Below are positions 1-7,052 of a stretch of DNA of 32,260 nt, in pieces. The stretch comes from Candidatus Woesearchaeota archaeon (GTDB lineage: Archaea > Nanobdellota > Nanobdellia > Woesearchaeales > JACPBO01): positions 1-32,260 of the forward strand of contig JACPBO010000007.1 in NCBI GenBank assembly GCA_016180285.1, in the 5' to 3' direction. The notes under the pieces were generated by a model. It made no database searches and had not been told where the DNA came from. It saw only the letters and a program-made list of their open reading frames with translations. Numbering within the stretch: position 1 is the stretch's first letter; every line of letters starts with the position of its first letter. A program made the translations under genes and the position numbers.

Positions 1-148
1 TGCTCCAGAGCGAAGCCTGGTCAAACGCGCAGGACTCAGATGCGGTGCGATACTTAAGACCAGCTAGGACATCCTGTCCCTTAGAGCTTTGGCAGCAGAA
101 TTGCCTTGGCAAGGAATGGGTCCGAGGGTTCGAATCCCTTCCTCCGCA
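1..148 (+). tRNA. tRNA-Leu(TAA), 5'-truncated by window edge; introns at 30/31 (34-51), 37/38 (59-70), variable arm (85-116) and probably 8/9 (ending at 8)
   Basis: D-stem GCG(10-12)/CGC(26-28). The spliced anticodon arm is CAGGA-CT-TAA-GA-TCCTG and the spliced variable arm is CCC-TTAGT-GGG. T-arm GAGGG-TTCGAAT-CCCTT (124-140), acceptor 3' strand CCTCCGC (141-147), discriminator A148. Each complete intron has a 4-bp BHB central helix flanked by 3-nt bulges. Confidence 0.9.
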
Positions 149-202
149 TTACATTTTTATATTGGACTGTATTTTCTTAATAAAAGGGGGATCTGAACAA
201 GA

Positions 203-934
203 GTGGCAAAGATGAAAAGAAGCAGATTGGTTTTAATAATGCTCTGCATGATCTTGCTTAATTTATCAATAGCTTCAGCCATAACAATAACCCCCAGAAT
301 ATCAAAAGACAACTACCAGATTTTTATGTTCTCTATTTTGGGAATAACAGACGTGACATTGTCAGTCACCACTGAAAAGCTCGCCTTCACTAATCTTCAC
401 CTGCAACTTTCAGAGGAATTCGCCAACATAAGCCTGAAGGTTGAAAAACTAGATGGCCCTCCTGAGGGCTTGGGAGCTCCTGGAGGAGCCTATCAGCACA
501 TCAGGGTTATAAATTCAAAAATACGCGACGCAACAGTGGATTTTCTGATAATCGAATTCAGGGTAAAAAAATCATGGCTTTCTGAAAATGGAATTAAAGA
601 CTCTGATGTTATTTTAACAAGGTACACATACAGCTATAGCTGGGTTGAGCTGCCAACAAGCAAAATAGCGGAGAGCATAGAGTATATCTATTATGAGGCG
701 AAATCTCCTGGCTTTGATTATTTAAGCTATTTTTCGATTTTTGCAAAAAGGCCTGTGGAACAAATGACAATGCAAAAACCCAATTCAACTGCAATACTGC
801 AAAGCATCAATTACAGTTCAGGCAGTTCGGTTGCAAATGAAACTGCTATGGTTGTTGAATATAAAACCCAAGAAAATAAAACACCAATTCAAAAATTATT
901 AGGTATGATTTATGCTATTTTTGGAAGAAAGTAG
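203..934 (+). CDS. PGF-pre-PGF domain secreted/cell-surface protein
   Basis: N-terminal signal peptide (basic then hydrophobic). Motifs IEFRVKKSWL, WVELPT and YEAKSPGF..YFSI are typical of the archaeal PGF-pre-PGF domain. Confidence 0.75.
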   Translation: MAKMKRSRLVLIMLCMILLNLSIASAITITPRISKDNYQIFMFSILGITDVTLSVTTEKLAFTNLHLQLSEEFANISLKVEKLDGPPEGLGAPGGAYQHIRVINSKIRDATVDFLIIEFRVKKSWLSENGIKDSDVILTRYTYSYSWVELPTSKIAESIEYIYYEAKSPGFDYLSYFSIFAKRPVEQMTMQKPNSTAILQSINYSSGSSVANETAMVVEYKTQENKTPIQKLLGMIYAIFGRK

Positions 935-947
935 GTTATACTTAAAA

Positions 948-2318
948 ATGCAGCAAATCCTGTTCAGAAGCACAAACAAAAACTCAGAATTAGTTGATTT
1001 TAAAACTGCGTTATTAACTGGCCAAGCCCCGGATTACGGGCTTTATATGCCTGTTTACGCGCCTAAGTTAAGCAAAGAAGTTATTGCTTCTATGAAAAAG
1101 ATGAGCTATGATGAAATAGCTTTTATTGTTACAAAAGAGTTTCTTAAAGAAGAGATCAGCGATGAAGAATTAAGGAGAATAACAAAAGAAGCCTATAATT
1201 TTGGCATACCGCTGGAAAAAGTCAGGGATAAAATTCATGTCATGAGGCTGGACAGGGGGCCAACAGCTTCTTTCAAGGATTTTGCAGCCAGAATGATGAC
1301 AAGGCTTATGCAGTATTTTGCTGGAAAAGAAAATAAGCAATTAACAGTCTTAGTCGCAACATCAGGCGATACAGGCGGGGCAGTGGCAGATGCCTTTTAT
1401 GGATTGCAAAACATCAATGTAGTGATTTTATTCCCTGAAAAAGAAGTTACGGGAAGGCAAAGAAAGCAGATGACTACTTTGGGCAGGAATGTAAAAGCTA
1501 TTGCTGTTAAAGGCGTATTTGACGATTGCCAGGCCATTGTCAAGAGGGCGTTTAATGATAAAGAGCTAAACGAATTAGATTTAACATCTGCTAACTCCAT
1601 TAATATAGGGAGATTATTGCCGCAGTCAGTGTATTATTTTTACGCTTATGCCAGACTGGCGAAAGAAGGGGAAAAAATAATATTTTCAGTCCCATCCGGC
1701 AACTTTGGCAATTTAATGGGCGGTGTTTTCGCCAGAGAAATGGGCTTGCCAATAGAGAGATTTATTGCAGCTACAAATGAAAATGACGAATTCGCTAATT
1801 TTTTAAAAACTGGAAATTATGAGCCAGTTGTTCCTTCTAGGAAATGCAGCTCTAATGCCATGAATGTGGGGCATCCAAGCAATTTAGCCAGATTGATTGA
1901 CTTATACGGCGGCTGGCTTTTTGATGAAAGAAATGAAAAAGGGGAGGTTGTTAGAAAAGGCATTTTAAATAAAAAGCCTGATATGGAAAAATTAAGAAAG
2001 GATTTTATTTCATTTTCCATTACAGATGAAGAGGCGAATAAAGCAATAAAAGAAGTTTATAAAAAATACAAAATATTGCTGGAGCCGCATGGGGCTGTTG
2101 GATTTGCCGCTTTGGAAAAAGCCAAAATAAGCAAGGATGAGCTGGCTGTCAGCCTGGAAACAGCCGACCCTGCCAAGTTCCCTAAGGAGATAAAGGCTTT
2201 GCTCGGGATAGAGCCAAAGGCTCCTAAAAGCCTTTCTGAGCTGGATGGCAGAGGAGAGAATTTTGAAATTATTTCTAACGACTACGAAGAATTTAAGGAG
2301 ATGCTTTTAAAATCATAA
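948..2318 (+). CDS. thrC: Threonine synthase (bacterial/E. coli-type)
   Basis: GPTASFKDF (PLP lysine), ATSGDTG, SANSINIGRL, VPSGNFGN, SNAMNVG and TADPAKF motifs. ATG at 948 is preferred over 912, which overlaps the upstream gene. Confidence 0.95.
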   Translation: MQQILFRSTNKNSELVDFKTALLTGQAPDYGLYMPVYAPKLSKEVIASMKKMSYDEIAFIVTKEFLKEEISDEELRRITKEAYNFGIPLEKVRDKIHVMRLDRGPTASFKDFAARMMTRLMQYFAGKENKQLTVLVATSGDTGGAVADAFYGLQNINVVILFPEKEVTGRQRKQMTTLGRNVKAIAVKGVFDDCQAIVKRAFNDKELNELDLTSANSINIGRLLPQSVYYFYAYARLAKEGEKIIFSVPSGNFGNLMGGVFAREMGLPIERFIAATNENDEFANFLKTGNYEPVVPSRKCSSNAMNVGHPSNLARLIDLYGGWLFDERNEKGEVVRKGILNKKPDMEKLRKDFISFSITDEEANKAIKEVYKKYKILLEPHGAVGFAALEKAKISKDELAVSLETADPAKFPKEIKALLGIEPKAPKSLSELDGRGENFEIISNDYEEFKEMLLKS

Positions 2319-2322
2319 ATAA

Positions 2323-2411
2323 TGCCAGACATAAATAACTTATAAAATTGTTATGTCTGGCAAACTTTAGTAAGCGATTTATTCTATTACTTATTTTTGT
2401 CGCTTACTAAA
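2323..2411. repeat. Two tandem perfect 12-bp inverted repeats downstream of thrC
   Basis: TGCCAGACATAA(2323-2334)/TTATGTCTGGCA(2351-2362) and TTTAGTAAGCGA(2366-2377)/TCGCTTACTAAA(2400-2411). Confidence 0.85.
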
Positions 2412-2422
2412 ACTCAGTAATC

Positions 2423-2430
2423 TTTATAAA
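2423..2430 (+). promoter_or_regulatory. TATA box of tRNA-Thr
   Basis: TTTATAAA about 25 nt upstream of the tRNA 5' end. Confidence 0.6.
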
Positions 2431-2454
2431 GAATAAATAAAATCTGATCATTAT

Positions 2455-2571
2455 GCCTCCGTAGCATAGTAGCTATTGCGCCAGGTATGAAGTTTTCTTT
2501 ATACCCGCAAAACCTTGGTATTATGCTAACCTAAAAGGTGGAGGTCGCGAGTGCAACTCTCGTCGGAGGCT
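2455..2571 (+). tRNA. tRNA-Thr(GGT) with two introns: 28/29 (2483-2511) and 37/38 (2521-2535)
   Basis: Acceptor GCCTCCG/CGGAGGC, discriminator T. Spliced anticodon arm CCACC-TT-GGT-AA-GGTGG; T-arm GCGAG-TGCAACT-CTCGT. The first intron forms a strict BHB (TGCG/CGCA helix, 9-bp intron stem). A T-run follows the gene. Confidence 0.92.
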
Positions 2572-2600
2572 TTTTGTTTAATATAAATGGGGGCGTTATA

Positions 2601-2843
2601 ATGAAAGTCTTATATGAAGGAAAAGAAACAAAGATAAGCGAACTGCCTGAAGGCAGCTATATGCCCAGACTACCTTGCTATAATTGCGCAACACAGCCAT
2701 TGATCAGCAGGGATAATCTTGGTGAAAGAATAAGGAAGCTTGGCTATGACAAATTCAACATCAACAAAGATGAAGTGGTGGTTGAAGTTCAAGGCCCATT
2801 TCAATATTTGCATCTATCTGCATCTTGTTGTAGAAAACAGTGA
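2601..2843 (+). CDS. Small hypothetical protein (80 aa, CxxC and terminal CC)
   Basis: ATG at 2601 after a GGGGG SD-like sequence; fills the gap between tRNAs. The longer 2538 start overlaps tRNA-Thr. Confidence 0.55.
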   Translation: MKVLYEGKETKISELPEGSYMPRLPCYNCATQPLISRDNLGERIRKLGYDKFNINKDEVVVEVQGPFQYLHLSASCCRKQ

Positions 2844-2905
2844 TAGAAATAAACTAATCTGCTAATGTGCTTTATTAGAATGGCGTTTACTAAAGAAGCA
2901 AAAGC

Positions 2906-2913
2906 TATATAAA
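2906..2913 (+). promoter_or_regulatory. TATA box of tRNA-Val
   Basis: TATATAAA preceded by an A-rich BRE-like tract, about 26 nt upstream of the tRNA. Confidence 0.6.
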
Positions 2914-2938
2914 TGAATTCTTTTTAATATCTTATTGA

Positions 2939-3094
2939 GGGCTCATGATCTAGTGGCTATGATGTCACCTTGACGAACGAGCGTAGCGAAGTGAGTCAAG
3001 GCTCAGAACGAAAGCCGAAGGCGTTGACGCTGCCTTGACGAGCGTAAAACGTTCAAACTGGTGAATGTCGCCGGTTCAAGTCCGGCTGGGCCCA
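2939..3094 (+). tRNA. tRNA-Val(GAC) with 83-nt canonical 37/38 intron (2976-3058)
   Basis: Acceptor GGGCTCA/TGGGCCC plus A. Anticodon arm TCACC-TT-GAC-G^T-GGTGA; T-arm GCCGG-TTCAAGT-CCGGC. BHB helix TTGA(2970-73)/TCAA(3053-56). Confidence 0.95.
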
Positions 3095-3104
3095 TTAAAA
3101 AGAG

Positions 3105-4115
3105 GTGGTTCAAATCAAGCAATACAAAAATATTTTTTTCATTGTTTTGGCCATTGTAATTTTCGTTTTTGCTTTTTTAATTGCAAGGCCATTTATAGAC
3201 GCATTGCTTGCTGCTGCAGTTGTTGCTTATATTTTTCATCCGGTTTACAGGTGGCTTCTGGCAAAAACAAAAAGGAAGTATTTATCAGCATCGCTGGCCA
3301 TTATCCTTATACTGCTTATCTTAATAGCAGCAGCGTCTTTGCTCATAGGCGCGCTTTACAAACAGGCATATTCTGTATACGGCGCAGCTAAAGGCGGCTT
3401 TGCAGCAGAGGGCTTGAGAATTTTCATGAATGAAAATGCCAATAATTACATAATGCAGCTCTTAAAAGACTCCGCTTCTTTCATATCAGACCAGGCTTCG
3501 GGGTTTTTCCTGAGCATTCCGAAAAAGCTGATATCCATGTTTGTTGCGCTCTTCACAATATTCTTCCTTTTGATTGACGGCGAGCAGCTGCTGAAAAGGA
3601 TAAAAGAAATCCTTCCGCTGAAAGAAAAGCAAAAACAGATTCTTGAAAAAGGAATTGGAAGCATGCTGTACGCTGTTGTATTCTGCACAATAATTGTTTC
3701 AATAATCCAGGGCATAATAGGGCTGGCTGGGTTTTATATATTCGGAGTTGATCATCCTTTGTTTTGGGCTCTTATACTGACGCTTGCAGCAATGATACCT
3801 TTTGTGGGGGCATGGGTTGTTTGGCTGCCTGCTGCATTGATTAAGATAAGCAATGGATACTATGCGGGCAACAATGCAGATATTCTTCTTGGAATCGGGC
3901 TTTTAATTTATGGCGCGCTGCTGATCTCAACTATTGATAACGTGATAAAGCCGAAGATTATAGGGGACAGATCAAAGCTTCATCCTGTTTTTGTGCTTAT
4001 CGGAGTTTTAGGCGGCCTGGTTTTGTTCGGCTTTATAGGCGTGCTAATAGGCCCGGCTATAATGACCTTGTTTGTAAACATAATTGAATTCTACAGGGAG
4101 TCTATCAAAAAATGA
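3105..4115 (+). CDS. AI-2E family (PerM/UPF0118) transporter
   Basis: Multiple TM segments; IPFVG, IDNVIKPKIIG...LHP and GGLVLFGFIGVLIGP motifs. Confidence 0.92.
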   Translation: MVQIKQYKNIFFIVLAIVIFVFAFLIARPFIDALLAAAVVAYIFHPVYRWLLAKTKRKYLSASLAIILILLILIAAASLLIGALYKQAYSVYGAAKGGFAAEGLRIFMNENANNYIMQLLKDSASFISDQASGFFLSIPKKLISMFVALFTIFFLLIDGEQLLKRIKEILPLKEKQKQILEKGIGSMLYAVVFCTIIVSIIQGIIGLAGFYIFGVDHPLFWALILTLAAMIPFVGAWVVWLPAALIKISNGYYAGNNADILLGIGLLIYGALLISTIDNVIKPKIIGDRSKLHPVFVLIGVLGGLVLFGFIGVLIGPAIMTLFVNIIEFYRESIKK

Positions 4116-5605
4116 AATTGATTGCCAAAGACATGGATATTGCAACAGGAGATGTTTTAGTTGCAATACTTAACCAAAAAGATGCTGCAAAGATGGACCT
4201 GCACGCATTGGACAGGATTAAAATAAAAAAGAGCGAGAAGATTGAAACGGTTGTGCTTGATATTGCAGAAAGCGAAAAGGCTGTCCCAGAAGGCCATATT
4301 GGAGTTTTCGAAGAAGTCATTGATTCTCTGGGCTTAAAAGATAATGAACCTATTGAGGTAATTCCTGCAAGAAAGCCCCTGTCCATTGATTTTATAAAGA
4401 AGAAGCTTGACGGCGGGACTTTAGATAAAAAAGAAATTGACCAGATTGTGTGGGACATTGTGCACAACAAGCTTGATGCAATAGAGCTGACTTATTTTGT
4501 TTCTGCCTGCTATTCAAACAGAATGACGATGAAAGAGACGGCTTTGCTGACAAAGGCAATGTCTGACATTGGCGATAAGCTAAAGCTGCGCCGCTATCCT
4601 GTAATGGACAAGCACTGCTCTGGAGGTGTTGCGGGCAACCGAACAACAATGATAATAGTTCCGATAATTGCGGCTGCCGGCTTAACAATTCCGAAAACAT
4701 CTTCAAGGAGCATAACAAGCCCTGCGGGAACAGCTGACACAGTTGAAGTGCTCACAAATGTCAATATTCCTCTTCCAAAAATGAAAAAGATTGTTGAAAA
4801 AACAAATGGCTGCTTAGTGTGGGGCGGAGCATTAAACCTTGCTCCTGCAGATGATAAGATCATAAAAGTTGAAAAGCCGCTTGCAATAGATGCAAAATCG
4901 CAGCTGCTTGCTAGTGTTATGGCAAAAAAGGCATCTGTTTCTGCCACGCATGTTTTGATTGACATCCCTTATGGCAAGGGCTCAAAAATTCTGGATAAAA
5001 AAGCAGCATCGCAATTAAAAAAAGGATTTGAGGAATTGGCAAAAGCTCTTGGAATGATTGTCAAGGTTATTTTAACAGACGGAACGCAGCCGATAGGAAA
5101 TGGAATTGGGCCCAGCCTTGAAGCCCGCGATGTTTTATGGATTTTAAGGAATGATCCCAGAGGGCCTCAGGATTTAAGGAGAAAAGCATTGATGATGGCA
5201 GGCTTGATGCTTGAGATGGGGTATAAAGCAAAGAAGGGAGAGGGCCTGAAAAAGGCAGCCGGTATTTTAAATGACGGGAGAGCATATAAAAAATTCATTG
5301 AAATAATAAAAGCGCAGGGAGGAAAAGAGATTATGCCGCAGGATATAAAAATTGGCGAGTTTGCCTATAATGCGCTTTCGCCAAAACAAGGCATTGTAAG
5401 GCATGTTGACAATCATTCGATATCAAAGATCGCAAGGATTGCAGGCGCTCCGCAGAACAAGGGGGCCGGTGTTTATCTGTACAAGCATGTAGGCGATAAG
5501 GTTAACAAAGATGAATCGCTGTTTACAATATACGCAGAAAGCCAGAGAAAGCTGGATTATGCTGTTTCAGCTATTGAAGAGTTTGACGGCATTGTTGTCG
5601 GATAA
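4112..5605 (+). CDS. deoA: AMP phosphorylase (archaeal thymidine-phosphorylase family)
   Basis: Extra N-terminal domain, DKHCSGGVAGNRTT, PKTSSRSITSPAGTAD, QPIGNGIGP and ARIAGAP motifs; about 500 aa. Confidence 0.93.
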   Translation: MKLIAKDMDIATGDVLVAILNQKDAAKMDLHALDRIKIKKSEKIETVVLDIAESEKAVPEGHIGVFEEVIDSLGLKDNEPIEVIPARKPLSIDFIKKKLDGGTLDKKEIDQIVWDIVHNKLDAIELTYFVSACYSNRMTMKETALLTKAMSDIGDKLKLRRYPVMDKHCSGGVAGNRTTMIIVPIIAAAGLTIPKTSSRSITSPAGTADTVEVLTNVNIPLPKMKKIVEKTNGCLVWGGALNLAPADDKIIKVEKPLAIDAKSQLLASVMAKKASVSATHVLIDIPYGKGSKILDKKAASQLKKGFEELAKALGMIVKVILTDGTQPIGNGIGPSLEARDVLWILRNDPRGPQDLRRKALMMAGLMLEMGYKAKKGEGLKKAAGILNDGRAYKKFIEIIKAQGGKEIMPQDIKIGEFAYNALSPKQGIVRHVDNHSISKIARIAGAPQNKGAGVYLYKHVGDKVNKDESLFTIYAESQRKLDYAVSAIEEFDGIVVG

Positions 5606-5619
5606 TTATCTGGATTTGT

Positions 5620-5745
5620 TTATTTCTTTATGCAGTCTGTTTTATATGGCACGTCGAAGCACAGCTTTTCCAGCCTGTCCAGTTTTTCAAAACATAACTG
5701 CCTGTCGTCTTCATGATAGCAGTATGTTGCATCAAGTGTTTTTTC
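5620..5745 (-). pseudogene. Possible 3' remnant of a Cys-repeat protein gene
   Basis: Reads EKTLDATYCYHEDDRQLCFEKLDRLEKLCFDVPYKTDCIKK*. Protein-like Cys spacing, stop convergent with AMP phosphorylase, no convincing start. Confidence 0.35.
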
Positions 5746-5749
5746 AGGA

Positions 5750-5923
5750 ATGAAAGTAAGATACACCAAACAAACCCTTCCAACCGGAGTTTTTATTTAC
5801 GGGAATAGTGTAATGACTGTTGTTTGGGGAGAAAAACCAACAGCGTTTGTGATAAGCTCAAGGAAGAACTATGATTATTACAGGGAATTCTTTGAGGATA
5901 TATGGAAAAAGGCAGTCCCTTAA
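5750..5923 (+). pseudogene. C-terminal fragment of TrmB-like transcriptional regulator
   Basis: MKVRYTKQTLPTGVFIYGNSVMTVVWGEKPTAFVISSRKNYDYYREFFEDIWKKAVP* matches the TrmB effector-domain tail pattern (IYGN.V...W...P.AF.I.S....Y...F..IW..A). There is an in-frame stop at 5717 and no HTH. Confidence 0.7.
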
Positions 5924-5926
5924 AGC

Positions 5927-5982
5927 GAAACATTTATATAGTAATGTAATATTATTGTTACATATGTCACAAAATAATTACA
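5927..5982 (+). promoter_or_regulatory. BRE/TATA plus two tandem palindromic operators of the MNT-HEPN operon
   Basis: GAAACATTTATATA (5927-5940), TGTAA-N8-TTACA (5945-5962) and TGTCA-N8-TTACA (5965-5982, overlapping the start codon). Confidence 0.65.
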
Positions 5983-6512
5983 ATATTAGAATCATTGAAT
6001 CGCTTTTCAAGAGCGGCAATCACATCAGGGGGCTTGCCAGGCTGTTAAAAACTAATCAAACCACCATTGCAAGAAAAGTCCATGAATTGTACAGAGAAAA
6101 CATTGTTGATTTTAAGCAAGAAGGAAGAAATAAGGCATTCTTTCTGAAAAAAACGCTGGAGGCAAAACAATATGCCTATCTTGTTGAATCGCATAAGCTA
6201 TTAAAGATATTAAAGAAGTACCCTCATTTAAGGAGGATCATAGAGCTGATCAGGAAAAATCAAAAAATAAGCTTGTCAATTCTATTCGGCTCATATGCAA
6301 AAGGCATTGCAGCTAAGGACAGCGACATTGATATCTACATAGACACTAAAGATGCCAAGCTAAAAGAAGAAGTCGAGCAGATAGATTCAAAAATAAGCGT
6401 AAAAATAGGCAGCTATAATAAGGACAGCCTGCTTATTAAGGAAATAGAAAAAAACCATGCAATAATAAAGGGCACTGAGCTGTACTATGAAAAAAATAAA
6501 TTTTTTGATTAA
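5964..6512 (+). CDS. wHTH-fused minimal nucleotidyltransferase (MNT antitoxin)
   Basis: N-terminal HTH (HIRGLARLLKTNQTTIARKV) and LFGSYAKG....SDIDI Pol-beta motif. Leaderless-style ATG at 5964, just after the TATA box. Confidence 0.9.
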   Translation: MSQNNYNIRIIESLFKSGNHIRGLARLLKTNQTTIARKVHELYRENIVDFKQEGRNKAFFLKKTLEAKQYAYLVESHKLLKILKKYPHLRRIIELIRKNQKISLSILFGSYAKGIAAKDSDIDIYIDTKDAKLKEEVEQIDSKISVKIGSYNKDSLLIKEIEKNHAIIKGTELYYEKNKFFD

Positions 6513-7038
6513 GCTGCATAAACAGGAAAAACTGCAGGAAGTTGAGCCCAGTGATGAACTTAAAGAAGCTTATATTCTGAGATCAAACGAATCTTTATCT
6601 TCAGCAAAAGCGCTATTGAAGATAGGCAATCTTAAAGATGCAGTTGCATTGGCATATTATTCCATGTACCATTGCCTTCTTGCTGCATTGTTTAGGATAG
6701 GCATAAAATGCGAAAATCATGCTGCCTCAATAATACTTCTCAAAAAAGTATTTGGAATTGACAATGCCAAAATGTCAAAGGCAAAATCCGAGAGGGTAGA
6801 CAAGCAGTACTATGTTGATTTTGCAGTTAATCAGGAAGAAGCATCTAATTCCATAAAGGTTGCTGAAGAATTCATTACAGAGATGGGCAATCTTATGGCT
6901 AATCTAAATGAAGAGAAGGTAAAAGAGCACCATGAAAAGGCAATTGGGCTCTTTATTGAAAAAGATAAGGAGAAGGGAAAAGAAGCGGAGAGGCCTAAAA
7001 CAAAAACTATAAATACTAAATCAAACATATTGGGATAA
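6487..7038 (+). CDS. HEPN domain protein (UPF0332-like), partner toxin
   Basis: AYYSMYH..LAAL...G....NH and R....Y (RVDKQY) motifs; overlaps the MNT gene. Confidence 0.88.
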   Translation: MKKINFLIKLHKQEKLQEVEPSDELKEAYILRSNESLSSAKALLKIGNLKDAVALAYYSMYHCLLAALFRIGIKCENHAASIILLKKVFGIDNAKMSKAKSERVDKQYYVDFAVNQEEASNSIKVAEEFITEMGNLMANLNEEKVKEHHEKAIGLFIEKDKEKGKEAERPKTKTINTKSNILG

Positions 7039-7052
7039 GAGGGGTGATAAAT

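Noticed and set aside
2538..2600. N-terminal extension of ORF 2538..2843
   Set aside because: Overlaps tRNA-Thr; ATG 2601 has an SD-like sequence.
2976..3058. C/D box guide RNA or group I intron within tRNA-Val intron
   Set aside because: No RUGAUGA/CUGA pair was found, it is too short for group I, and the ends form a standard BHB.
3065..3391. 108-aa + strand ORF
   Set aside because: Starts inside tRNA-Val and is an alternative frame of the AI-2E gene.
5511..5753. 80-aa + strand ORF
   Set aside because: Overlaps the AMP phosphorylase end, has no recognisable features, and the region is better explained by gene remnants.
5871..5963. Longer start for the MNT gene
   Set aside because: Would span the TrmB fragment end and the TATA/operator region.
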